Below are positions 19,688-28,041 of a stretch of 64,000 nucleotides of DNA, in pieces. This DNA is from Actinomycetes bacterium (GTDB lineage: Bacteria; Actinomycetota; Acidimicrobiia; Acidimicrobiales; Bog-793), in the NCBI GenBank assembly GCA_021796535.1, contig JAKABW010000001.1, forward strand, positions 128,659-192,658, in the 5' to 3' direction. Position 1 is the first letter of the stretch. Each line of letters starts with the position of its first letter. The notes under the pieces were generated by a model that saw nothing but the letters and a program-made list of their open reading frames with translations, ran no database searches and had not been told where the DNA came from. Position numbers and translations under genes: made by a program.

Positions 19688-19774
19688 CGGAGGGAGTGGG
19701 ATTTGAACCCACGGTATGCAAACACATACAGCGGTTTTCGAGACCGCCCGATTCGGCCACTCTCGCATCCCTCC
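19688..19774 (-). tRNA. tRNA-Ser (anticodon CGA)
   Basis: The reverse complement is GGAGGGATGCGAGAGTGGCCGAATCGGGCGGTCTCGAAAACCGC...GTGGGTTCAAATCCCACTCCCTCCG. It folds with a 7-bp acceptor stem, anticodon loop CTCGAAA, a long variable arm and a TTCAAAT T-loop. Confidence 0.9.
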
Positions 19775-19879
19775 TCAGTGTGTAACAGTAAATAGGTTAG
19801 TAGATTTATTTGTCTTTGTTTACGTAACGCATTTTCTTTATCTTATTTTTAAAAACTCGGATAAGGCATCGGACGGTTT

Positions 19880-20401
19880 TTATTCGGATATCGGCATCAA
19901 ATCCGGTTTGGGGGCAAGCCTCAGGTTTTCAAAGAAGTCCTTCAATAAAGCAGAGCAACTTTTTTCCATAACACCGCCGGTGACGTTGAACCGGTGGTTT
20001 ATTCGCGGGTCGCAAGCTATGTTATAAAGTGTCCCGCAGGCACCCATTTTTTGATCGTATGCCCCAAATATCAAACTGTCGATTCTGGAAAGGGCCAAAG
20101 CACCGGCGCACATAATACAGGGTTCCAGTGTGACCACAAGAGAACAACCGGTCAGTCTCCACGTATTTAGTAAAACGGCGGCTTGCTTCAGTGCCAATAT
20201 TTCTGCATGGGCCGTGGGATCCCCGTCGACTTCCCGTCTGTTGTGTTGTGAAGTTATGATATTGCCGTTTTGGACCACGACGGCGCCTATCGGTACGTCC
20301 CCGTGTTCCATGGCGGCCTCGGCTTCGCCCAAAGCGGCTTTCATCGCTTCGGCGATCCAATCTTGTGTTTCCGCGTTATTTTCAATCAATGATTTGTCCA
20401 A
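19880..20401 (-). CDS. tadA: tRNA-specific adenosine deaminase
   Basis: Zinc motifs HAEILAL and PCIMCAGAL. The gene sits next to a tRNA gene. Confidence 0.85.
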   Translation of the reverse strand: MDKSLIENNAETQDWIAEAMKAALGEAEAAMEHGDVPIGAVVVQNGNIITSQHNRREVDGDPTAHAEILALKQAAVLLNTWRLTGCSLVVTLEPCIMCAGALALSRIDSLIFGAYDQKMGACGTLYNIACDPRINHRFNVTGGVMEKSCSALLKDFFENLRLAPKPDLMPISE

Positions 20402-20660
20402 GAGAGAACCCTATCTTTGCCGAATAAAACAATTTGGTCGGTACCCAATATAATAGCTGTGCCGGCCCCATTGGCCTACGTGATTTTGTGTTGTGCTCTG
20501 TCGGAAAATACCGCAAACAGCCAATCGTGTTGTCATCACTCAGTAGTTTGGCTGAGTAATAAGACGGGCTGTCGTCTCTGCATGCAACACAAGGTCCTCC
20601 GGACGATTTATCGAACTATATTCAGATCCCCTGATGGCATCTGCTATACTTTTGGTTTCT

Positions 20661-21965
20661 ATGACACGCAAGTTCCGCATTCTCGATTTATCAACTTTGG
20701 TGGACCAATCCGTGACGCTTTACGGATGGGTAGATACCGTTCGCGACCAAAAGAGTGTCCAGTTTGTAATCATACGTGACGAAACCGGCAAACTTCAGGT
20801 TGTCAACGACAGACAGGAAAACCCCGATCTTGCCGAGCTGATAGGACAGCTCAGTACGGATTCCGTGGTGGAGATAACCGGAAAAGTTATCCTGGATGAG
20901 CGCGTAAAACTGGGAGGTTTGGAACTTCGTGCCGAGAACCTCAAAATTCTTTCCAAGGCCGACGATTTGCCCATAAACGAGCAGTCAAATCTCGATAAGC
21001 GTTTGGACTGGAGATTTATTGATCTGCGCTCTCACCGCAACCAACTGATTTTTCAGTCACAGACCATTCTCGAGAGAGAGTTTCGCGGACACTGCTATGA
21101 CGAGGGTTTGGTGGAGATCAACTCTCCCAAGTTGATGGCCAGCCCGAGCGAGTCAAGGTCGGAACTGTTCCAAGTCAAGTATTTTGACAGAACGGCATAT
21201 TTGGCTCAGTCCCCTCAGTTCTATAAGCAGATGGGGATTGCTTCCGGTTTCCCCGGTGTTTTTGAGACGGGCCCCGTCTTTAGGGCCAATCCGTCGTTCA
21301 CTTCCCGTCATGACACCGAATTTACCAGCCTTGACGTAGAAATAGGATGGGTCGGTTCGCACGAAGACGTCATGTCTTTTGAGGAGCGCTTGTTGCGACG
21401 CGCCATCGAAGCCATAAAGGCGTCGTTGGGAGACAAACTGGAGTCTGAGTTCGGCGTCACAATTAATGTCCCGGAATTACCGTTTCCCCGCATCGCTCAT
21501 TCCGAAGCCGTCCGTTTGGTCAAAGAGGCAGGTTATGAAATTCCCAGGTCGGACGGAGACTTGGACCCGGAAGCCGAAAGGCGTCTTTCGGAAAGTCTTA
21601 TGAAGACGACAGGCCACGAGTTCGTGTTCGTGACCGACTATCCGTCTTCCGTGCGGCCTTTCTATCATATGCGATACGAAGACAACCCCATGATGACCAA
21701 GAGTTTCGACCTTATTTGGAAGGGGCTCGAAGTAACGACCGGCGCCCAGAGAGAGCATCGTTATGAAATTCTAAAATCCCAAGTTCTGGATAAAGGGCTT
21801 GATCCGGAGAGTCTGGATTTCTACCTGGACTTCTTCCGTTTCGGCTGTCCTCCGCACGGAGGATTCGGACTCGGATTGACGCGACTTCTGATGATTCTTC
21901 TCGGTGTCGCAAACGTAAGGGAAGTCACCTATCTCTATCGCGGTCCGAATCGGTTAGTCCCCTAG
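20661..21965 (+). CDS. aspS: Aspartate--tRNA ligase, archaeal/eukaryal-type (short form)
   Basis: OB-fold N-domain (VTLYGWVDTVRDQKSVQFVIIRD) and class II motifs (FRANPSFTSRHDTEFTSLD, GGFGLGLTRLLM). At about 434 aa it lacks the bacterial insertion domain. Start set at ATG 20661. Confidence 0.85.
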   Translation: MTRKFRILDLSTLVDQSVTLYGWVDTVRDQKSVQFVIIRDETGKLQVVNDRQENPDLAELIGQLSTDSVVEITGKVILDERVKLGGLELRAENLKILSKADDLPINEQSNLDKRLDWRFIDLRSHRNQLIFQSQTILEREFRGHCYDEGLVEINSPKLMASPSESRSELFQVKYFDRTAYLAQSPQFYKQMGIASGFPGVFETGPVFRANPSFTSRHDTEFTSLDVEIGWVGSHEDVMSFEERLLRRAIEAIKASLGDKLESEFGVTINVPELPFPRIAHSEAVRLVKEAGYEIPRSDGDLDPEAERRLSESLMKTTGHEFVFVTDYPSSVRPFYHMRYEDNPMMTKSFDLIWKGLEVTTGAQREHRYEILKSQVLDKGLDPESLDFYLDFFRFGCPPHGGFGLGLTRLLMILLGVANVREVTYLYRGPNRLVP

Positions 21966-22088
21966 TGTCGGCGGGCATACAGTTTTGCGGTAGGCCCGGT
22001 TCCCAGCCATGCCTCGGGAAAATAGATTTTTTTTGAGCCTCGATCCAATACGGTTCGGGCTTGTCGGCATCTGTTTGATTTCTTAATA

Positions 22089-22112
22089 AAAATGCTTTAG
22101 TGCGAGCATTTT
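22089..22112. terminator. Bidirectional hairpin terminator candidate
   Basis: AAAATGCT-ttagtgcg-AGCATTTT is flanked by an A-run on one side and a T-rich run on the other, about 125 nt after the aspS stop. Confidence 0.5.
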
Positions 22113-22310
22113 GCTTATGCTCCGCATCCCTTCCGACGACGCCGGCGCTGTTTGGGGAAGTGCGGGAACCATCCGCGACCCTCTTGTGAGCACACAGTGC
22201 GCCACAACCGTCCGGTTTCGAAGAATTGCGCTGCCGCGGCGGGATTGGCGCTTGGTACAAGTCCGGAAGAGGCCGGGGGTTTGCATCCGCATCGTTTGGA
22301 AAGTAAAAAA

Positions 22311-22398
22311 TGGCGGAGGAGGTGGGATTTGAACCCACGGTCCCTTGCAAGACACACGATTTCCAATCGTGCCGATTCGGCCGCTCTCGCACTCCTCC
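22311..22398 (-). tRNA. tRNA-Ser (anticodon GGA), CCA encoded
   Basis: The reverse complement is GGAGGAGTGCGAGAGCGGCCGAATCGGCACGATTGGAAATCGTG...GTGGGTTCAAATCCCACCTCCTCCGCCA. Anticodon loop TTGGAAA, with a long variable arm. Confidence 0.9.
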
Positions 22399-22440
22399 GT
22401 GTTCATTAGTGTTGCGGTTATGCTAATATGTAGCTTAGCA

Positions 22441-22572
22441 CACGCGATTGTGTGCAGTGGCCGGGTTCTGCGCGACTATACCCCGTGAACCGAGTCAGGG
22501 CCGGAAGGCAGCAGCTCTCAGCGGATCGTATTGTGTGCCGCAGGCGACCTGGCGACTGCACACAATCGCGTT
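22441..22572 (+). ncRNA. ffs: Signal recognition particle RNA (small bacterial type)
   Basis: Conserved domain IV sequence GTGAACCGAGTCAGGGCCGGAAGGCAGCAGC. A closing helix pairs GCGATTGTGTGCAGT (22444-22458) with ACTGCACACAATCGC (22556-22570). The tRNA-Ser/ffs/dnaX/ybaB/recR context is classical. Confidence 0.85.
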
Positions 22573-22633
22573 TTGCGTTCTTGGCCACTTTATGTTGCCG
22601 GTCCGACTGCCACAAAAAATGGTTCTTTTTGAT

Positions 22634-22677
22634 ATTGATGCAGATCGGAACAATGATTGATGCAGATCGGAACAATT
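22634..22677. repeat. 22-bp tandem duplication (21/22 identical)
   Basis: ATTGATGCAGATCGGAACAAT(g/t) x2, between ffs and dnaX. Confidence 0.9.
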
Positions 22678-22863
22678 GCCGCGGCCGACTTGTTTGTTCG
22701 CGGCCGTCTTGTCTCAAATCGTGTAGGTGGGTTAAGATATGATTGTTGTACAGACGGTTTTATCCAAAGCTATTGACGAAGATATGTAAATCGGTAATCG
22801 ACATAGGTATAAAAGTACAGTCGTAAAGAATCTTTCGGGATGTATTTGTTGGGGTTGGTGGAA

Positions 22864-25050
22864 ATGGCAGAAGGAGAGACGTTTTCAGGCGGCGATCACT
22901 CGTTATCGTCTCACGGGAATTATCAATCGTTATACAGAAAGTACAGGCCGCAGCGTTTTTCTGAAATAAAAGGCCAGGATCACGTTGTAAAAGCTTTGCG
23001 CAATTCAGTGCAGGAAGGGCGGATAACCCACGCGTATTTGTTTTCCGGTCCCAGGGGCACCGGTAAAACTTCCACTGCCCGTATTTTGGCAAAAGCACTG
23101 AATTGTGCCGAGCCAAAGGCAGGGGAGCCGTGTGGCAAGTGCGAATCGTGCGTGTCGGTCAAAGAACAAAGTTCTTTTGACGTGCACGAGCTTGACGCCG
23201 CTTCATCGGGGCGAGTCGAAGATATCAGAGAGCTTGTGGCCAGGGCATCCCTGGCAACCCCGGGCCGTTACAAGGTATATATCATCGACGAAGTGCACAT
23301 GCTCTCGACGGCCGCCTCCAATGCGTTGTTGAAAACCTTGGAAGAGCCCCCCGACCATGTAGTTTTTGTTTTGGCAACTACGGATCCTCAAAAAGTTCTT
23401 TCTACGATCAGGTCGCGTACGCAACACTACGAATTCCATCTTTTACCCGATGCGACACTCGACTCTTTGCTGACCGAAGTCGCCGCCAAGGAAGGCATAG
23501 ATATTGCCGATTCTGCTTTGGAGCAGGTGAGGAAAAGCGGTAAAGGATCAGCTAGAGATGCCCTTTCGGTTTTGGACAGGGTTGCGGCGGGAGGCAGCGC
23601 CGAAGACGACTTTGCCGAATGCATCAGCGAAGTTATCTCTGCCATGGCGCTTTATAATCCTTCTTCGGTGCTGGCGGCTTTGAGAAAGGCCTTTGAAATC
23701 GGCATTGATCCCAAAAGCGCTTCGTCTCTCATAGTCGATGAATTGCGGGAACTCCTGTTGGCAAATTTCCAGATCAGTTCGGGAGGGGGAAACAAGACAG
23801 GCCGCAGCGTGCTTTTGAGCGAGATGGCCAAATCTTTTTCCAACGCCAGACTGGTCAATGCCATAGAGGAACTGGGTGCCGCACAGGTAAAGATGAGAGA
23901 TGCGCTTGAACCACGTATCATCTTGGAAATCACTTTGATCAGGTTGAGTGCGACTCAGACCGATTCTTCTCCGGAAGCTCTTTTACAGAGGATTTCTGCT
24001 TTGGAAAGCGAAGTCGTGCGCATGAAATCTCTTTTTGGCGAAATGAATTCCAACAAAGAGGAGCGGAACAGCCTATTTTCACGCAAATCGGAAAAAGAAA
24101 GCCCGGTTGAACAAAAGACTTTGGGTGCCGTGAAGCCGGCTTTGGGCGCATACTTGAAAAATAGCAAAGGACCCGAGGCATCGCCCAAAACAACCGCTCC
24201 GTCTTTTTTGGCAGGCGGGCCTTCGGCAACGGGACAAAATACAAAGCGGGATATGGCACCACCCCAATCGGCCGGTAATACAGCCGGACAAAACAGCGGA
24301 GCACCCCCCCCAAGGTCTTCCGCCGCCGACTCTGTGGCAGATGTCAAATCGGATTCCTCGGAAGGTACTCCTCTCTTGCCAAATCGCCAAATTGACGGTC
24401 CCGCCCTGCGTGATCAACTGGTAGAAATCTGGGGCGATAAAGTATTGAAGCACTTGCGTCTGAAAGCCAGGGCCATATATGTCGGCGGACACTTTGTTTT
24501 GGACCGAGACAATTTGCCTTTATTTGTTTTTATGAACGAAGCCACATTGAACCATGCCAAGCCTTTGAGGGCGGAAGTGGAACAAATTATATCCGAAGAA
24601 CTGGGCTATAAATTTGTCCTGAATATAGGCGTGGAAAGACAGGAAGACGTTTCCGGGAGACACGGGGGAGCCCCCGTTTCAAACAGAGCCGGTGCCGAGA
24701 ACAAAAAGTCTGAGAGTGGCACGGATGCCGTTGCCCCCGGGGCTGGCAATAAAGAAGATCGTGAAATTTATTCCTCAACAGCGAAGGAATCTAAGCAACC
24801 GCCGTCAGAAAGTACCTCCGTACCGGGCAGATCGGCGAAAAGAAAGCCCGCGGCGGATTTTGTGCACTCAAAAGCACCCGCGGACGGCGGCCGTCGCAAT
24901 TCTGGGGTTTCGGTTGACCTTCCTGCCGATGAGACATATGACGATTTTGAGTTAATGCCTGCGGAAGATGCCGTTACTCCTGTAACCTTGGCTGTTGAGC
25001 ATGTATTAAAAGTGTTTCCCGGAGCTGAGGAGGTATCGGACAATGTCTGA
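22864..25050 (+). CDS. dnaX: DNA polymerase III subunit gamma/tau
   Basis: YRKYRPQRFSEIKGQDHV, Walker A GPRGTGKTS, Walker B IIDEVHML, a zinc module (CAEPKAGEPCGKCESC), SRTQ, and a long low-complexity C-terminal half. The start is either ATG 22864 or ATG 22840. Confidence 0.9.
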   Translation: MAEGETFSGGDHSLSSHGNYQSLYRKYRPQRFSEIKGQDHVVKALRNSVQEGRITHAYLFSGPRGTGKTSTARILAKALNCAEPKAGEPCGKCESCVSVKEQSSFDVHELDAASSGRVEDIRELVARASLATPGRYKVYIIDEVHMLSTAASNALLKTLEEPPDHVVFVLATTDPQKVLSTIRSRTQHYEFHLLPDATLDSLLTEVAAKEGIDIADSALEQVRKSGKGSARDALSVLDRVAAGGSAEDDFAECISEVISAMALYNPSSVLAALRKAFEIGIDPKSASSLIVDELRELLLANFQISSGGGNKTGRSVLLSEMAKSFSNARLVNAIEELGAAQVKMRDALEPRIILEITLIRLSATQTDSSPEALLQRISALESEVVRMKSLFGEMNSNKEERNSLFSRKSEKESPVEQKTLGAVKPALGAYLKNSKGPEASPKTTAPSFLAGGPSATGQNTKRDMAPPQSAGNTAGQNSGAPPPRSSAADSVADVKSDSSEGTPLLPNRQIDGPALRDQLVEIWGDKVLKHLRLKARAIYVGGHFVLDRDNLPLFVFMNEATLNHAKPLRAEVEQIISEELGYKFVLNIGVERQEDVSGRHGGAPVSNRAGAENKKSESGTDAVAPGAGNKEDREIYSSTAKESKQPPSESTSVPGRSAKRKPAADFVHSKAPADGGRRNSGVSVDLPADETYDDFELMPAEDAVTPVTLAVEHVLKVFPGAEEVSDNV

Positions 25051-25462
25051 TCCAATCGATTATTCAAGTGACATGGCGGGGCTGTTGGGACATTTGGAGC
25101 ATTTGCAAAAACAGGTGGCCGACGCCCAAAATATCCTGCAATCGGAAGAGGTAGAAGGTTCGGCGGGCGGCGGAGTCGTCAGGGTAAGGGTTGCGGGCGA
25201 ACTGGATTTTTCCGCTGTTCATATCGATCAGTCCGTTTTTGCTCAGGGGGACAAAAGCGTGCTGGAAGATCTGATTTTGGCGGCGTTAAGGGATGCTTCC
25301 GCGAAGCTCGCAAAAGCGAGAGAGCAGGTGCTTGGATCTGCCGTCGGAGAGGTAATGGGGGCATTGTTTGGCGGCGCTGACGACAACGAAATCGAGTTTG
25401 GCGGCGGCTTTGGCACATTATCCGGCGGAGACGGGGAAGAAACTGGAAACGGGGGAGAGTAA
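25043..25462 (+). CDS. ybaB: YbaB/EbfC-family nucleoid-associated protein
   Basis: Overlaps the dnaX stop by 8 nt. Core sequence VEGSAGGGVVRVRVAGELDFSAVHID..LEDLILAAL. Gly/Asp/Glu-rich tail. Confidence 0.85.
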   Translation: MSDPIDYSSDMAGLLGHLEHLQKQVADAQNILQSEEVEGSAGGGVVRVRVAGELDFSAVHIDQSVFAQGDKSVLEDLILAALRDASAKLAKAREQVLGSAVGEVMGALFGGADDNEIEFGGGFGTLSGGDGEETGNGGE

Positions 25463-26068
25463 CTGGCTCTTTTTGATGGACCGATACAGGACTTGATCGA
25501 CGAATTATCGCGGTTACCGGGCATAGGGCAGAAATCGGCTCAGCGTTTGGCCTTCTATTTGTTAAAAAGGCCCAAGGAAGATGCCCTCAGGCTGGCCCGA
25601 TCAATCGAGATTGTAAGGGAAAAAATTACCGTTTGCGACAGGTGCTTTACTTTAGCCACGGATCACTATTGCAGTATTTGCAAAGATACCGGTCGCGACC
25701 GGGGTTTGGTGTGTGTGGTGGAAGGTCCTCAGGATTTGATTGCTATAGAAAAAACACATGCTTTCGGCGGTCTGTATCATGTCCTGGGCGGTTCCTTGAA
25801 TCCTTTGGACGGGATAGGCCCCGACCAATTGAAGGTAAGGGAATTGCTGGCCAGGGTGCAAAGTGATAATGTTCGAGAGGTAATTGTCTGTACGAACCCC
25901 AACTTGGAAGGGGATACCACGGCCATGTATTTGGCTAGGCTCTTGCAGCCTTTCGAGGTCAGAGTCACCAGGATAGCGAGCGGTTTGCCGGTCGGCGGGG
26001 ATTTGGAATATGCCGATGAGCTGACTTTGGGACGAGCCATAGCCGGCAGGCGTGAAGTGGTTGAATAA
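25463..26068 (+). CDS. recR: Recombination protein RecR
   Basis: HhH (LPGIGQKSAQRLAFYLL), C4 zinc finger (CDRCFTLATDHYCSIC) and Toprim (VCVVEGPQDLIAIE). The first canonical start is TTG 25493, but the conserved N-terminal FDGPIQDL is encoded upstream of it. A CTG at 25463 follows GGGGGAGAG. Confidence 0.85.
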   Translation: MALFDGPIQDLIDELSRLPGIGQKSAQRLAFYLLKRPKEDALRLARSIEIVREKITVCDRCFTLATDHYCSICKDTGRDRGLVCVVEGPQDLIAIEKTHAFGGLYHVLGGSLNPLDGIGPDQLKVRELLARVQSDNVREVIVCTNPNLEGDTTAMYLARLLQPFEVRVTRIASGLPVGGDLEYADELTLGRAIAGRREVVE

Positions 26069-26113
26069 TAAATTTTGCCGATAGATTTTCACAAGGAAGG
26101 TTATATTGGATCC

Positions 26114-27730
26114 ATGGAGACATCAGAGGTTATAAAAGACCCCATCGTAAAAGAAGAAGGTAAGGAAGCAACCGACTCTTTGCTGATGAAAGAAAAAATT
26201 AATCAGCTGAAAGAGCGTAAAGCGGAGGCTTATCAGCCGGGAACCCAAAGAGCGATTGACGCTCAGCTGGCAAAAGGAAAAATGACCGCCAGGGAGCGCA
26301 TTGATTACCTCCTTGACAAGGACTCTTTTCAAGAACTCGGCCTTTTGGTCCGCCACAGAGCTTTCGGAAGCGGGTTGGACGAAAACAGACCCTATACGGA
26401 CGGGGTGGTTTGCGGCATAGGCACCGTTGAGGGAAGAAAAGTCGGTATTTACAGCCAGGACTTCACCGTGTTTGGCGGTTCCCTGGGAGCCGCCCATGCG
26501 AAAAAGATCAATCAAGTACAGGACTTGGCGCTGCAACTCGGCATACCGGTTATCGGCATATCCGACGGAGGAGGCGCGAGAATTCAGGAAGGGGTTGCCG
26601 CCCTCAACGGATTCGGCGAAATTTTTTACCGGAACTCCAAGTCCTCGGGCGTCATACCTCAAATAAGTGCAATTATGGGCCCTTCCGCCGGGGGAGCCGT
26701 GTATTCTCCGGCTCTGACGGACTTTATTTTTATGGTGCAAAACAGCAGCCATATGTTTATCACCGGTCCCGACGTGGTAAAAACAGTGACGGGAGAAGAA
26801 GTGACTTCCGAACAACTGGGCGGGGCCATCACCCACGCCACAAGGTCCGGTGTGGCGGCTTTCGTGGCCGGCGACGAAAAGTCATGTTTGGATAAGATTA
26901 AAGAATTGCTCGGTTACCTGCCGGCCAATAATTTATCGGAACCCCCGGAACTCTTGACGGAGGACTCTCCAAACAGGTTGATTCCGGAGCTGGAATCCAT
27001 TATTCCGGACAGGCCGAATCAGCCTTATGACGTGAAGCAGATTATACAACTGGTGGTGGATGACGGAGACTTCATGGAGTACTTCCCGCATTTTGCCATG
27101 AACATTGTCTGCGGATTTGCCAGATTAAATTCAAAAGTCGTGGGAATAGTAGCCAACCAACCCCAGATCCTGGCCGGCGTTTTGGATATAGACGCTTCCG
27201 AAAAAGCGGCCAGGTTCATAAGAACCTGCGACGCGTTCAATATTGCTCTCATTACTTTTGTCGACGTGCCGGGTTTTATGCCGGGCACCGATCAGGAATA
27301 CGGCGGGATCATCAGAAAAGGTGCCAAGCTGCTTTACGCCTATTGCGAGGCAAGCGTGCCGCGCATACAGGTTATCCTCCGCAAAGCATACGGAGGAGCT
27401 TATATCGTCATGGATTCCAAATCCATCGGCGCCGATGTCTCTTTTGCGTGGCCTTTGGCCGAACTGGCCGTTATGGGTCCGGAATCGGCAGTCGAGATAG
27501 TTCACAAACGGGAACTGGCCCAAGCGGAAGACCCTCAGACAAGAAAAGCCGAATTGATCAAAACTTATACGGAAAGATTCTCCAATCCCTACCAGGCCGC
27601 CGAGTTGGGATATGTGGACGAAGTGGTGGAGCCCAAAGAGACAAGACTGGTTTTGGTAAGAGCCCTCGGCATGTTGGAGAGCAAAAGAAGCGAATTGCCG
27701 AAAAGAAAACACGGGAACGTTCCGCTTTAG
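26114..27730 (+). CDS. pccB: Acyl-CoA (propionyl/methylmalonyl-CoA) carboxylase carboxyltransferase beta subunit
   Basis: Typical carboxyltransferase sequence (KMTARERIDYLLD, GGSLGAAHAKKI, ISDGGGARIQEG, VVGIVANQP, PGFMPG, RKAYGGAY). ATG 26114 is preceded by AAGGAAGG. Confidence 0.9.
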   Translation: METSEVIKDPIVKEEGKEATDSLLMKEKINQLKERKAEAYQPGTQRAIDAQLAKGKMTARERIDYLLDKDSFQELGLLVRHRAFGSGLDENRPYTDGVVCGIGTVEGRKVGIYSQDFTVFGGSLGAAHAKKINQVQDLALQLGIPVIGISDGGGARIQEGVAALNGFGEIFYRNSKSSGVIPQISAIMGPSAGGAVYSPALTDFIFMVQNSSHMFITGPDVVKTVTGEEVTSEQLGGAITHATRSGVAAFVAGDEKSCLDKIKELLGYLPANNLSEPPELLTEDSPNRLIPELESIIPDRPNQPYDVKQIIQLVVDDGDFMEYFPHFAMNIVCGFARLNSKVVGIVANQPQILAGVLDIDASEKAARFIRTCDAFNIALITFVDVPGFMPGTDQEYGGIIRKGAKLLYAYCEASVPRIQVILRKAYGGAYIVMDSKSIGADVSFAWPLAELAVMGPESAVEIVHKRELAQAEDPQTRKAELIKTYTERFSNPYQAAELGYVDEVVEPKETRLVLVRALGMLESKRSELPKRKHGNVPL

Positions 27731-27786
27731 GGTCGACCGTCAGAGCCGGTGAAAAAACGCTACCGAGACGATAACGGAAAAATAAT

Positions 27787-28041
27787 ATGGGAAAAGAACG
27801 GTATATTGAACTTCTGAAACAAAAAAGCGATTCTTCCTTTTTGGTTCCCGACGAAGAGGCCTTGGTCATTATAGATCGTGCTTTGTTGCTTTTGGAACAA
27901 GAGATATTAAAAAATATTTCCGCCGGCAAACCGCGCAGTTCAGGCTGGCCGCGGGCTCAGGACAATCTGAGCGCCAAGGACTGGAAGTTTTCACTGCACC
28001 ACTTTGCCGGCCCTATACAATATAATCGGGATCGTCCTTAA
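27787..28041 (+). CDS. Small ORF, possibly an acyl-CoA carboxylase epsilon subunit
   Basis: Lies immediately downstream of pccB. It contains PDEEALVIIDRALLL and a later SSGW, loosely like the PxEELAALxAVL...W pattern I recall for actinobacterial AccE/PccE. It overlaps the convergent alkA 3' end by 29 nt. Confidence 0.35.
   Translation: MGKERYIELLKQKSDSSFLVPDEEALVIIDRALLLLEQEILKNISAGKPRSSGWPRAQDNLSAKDWKFSLHHFAGPIQYNRDRP

Noticed and set aside
20436-20456. TTTGGTCGGTACCC, which resembles the T-box core (GGGTGGTACCGCG), upstream of aspS.
   Set aside because: It sits about 200 nt upstream of the start, at or before the putative -10 box, rather than in an antiterminator next to the coding region. 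I found no specifier loop or terminator.
21925-22392. A 155-aa ORF, with overlapping ORFs at 22083-22406, 22111-22332 and 22152-22409.
   Set aside because: They overlap the tRNA-Ser gene and each other, and their translations are compositionally implausible. The underlying DNA is treated as noncoding (see the finding on 22117-22310).
22840-25050. A programmed -1 frameshift site in dnaX (A AAA AAG type) producing gamma.
   Set aside because: No heptanucleotide slippery sequence was found by eye. The longest A-run in the gene is caaaaag.
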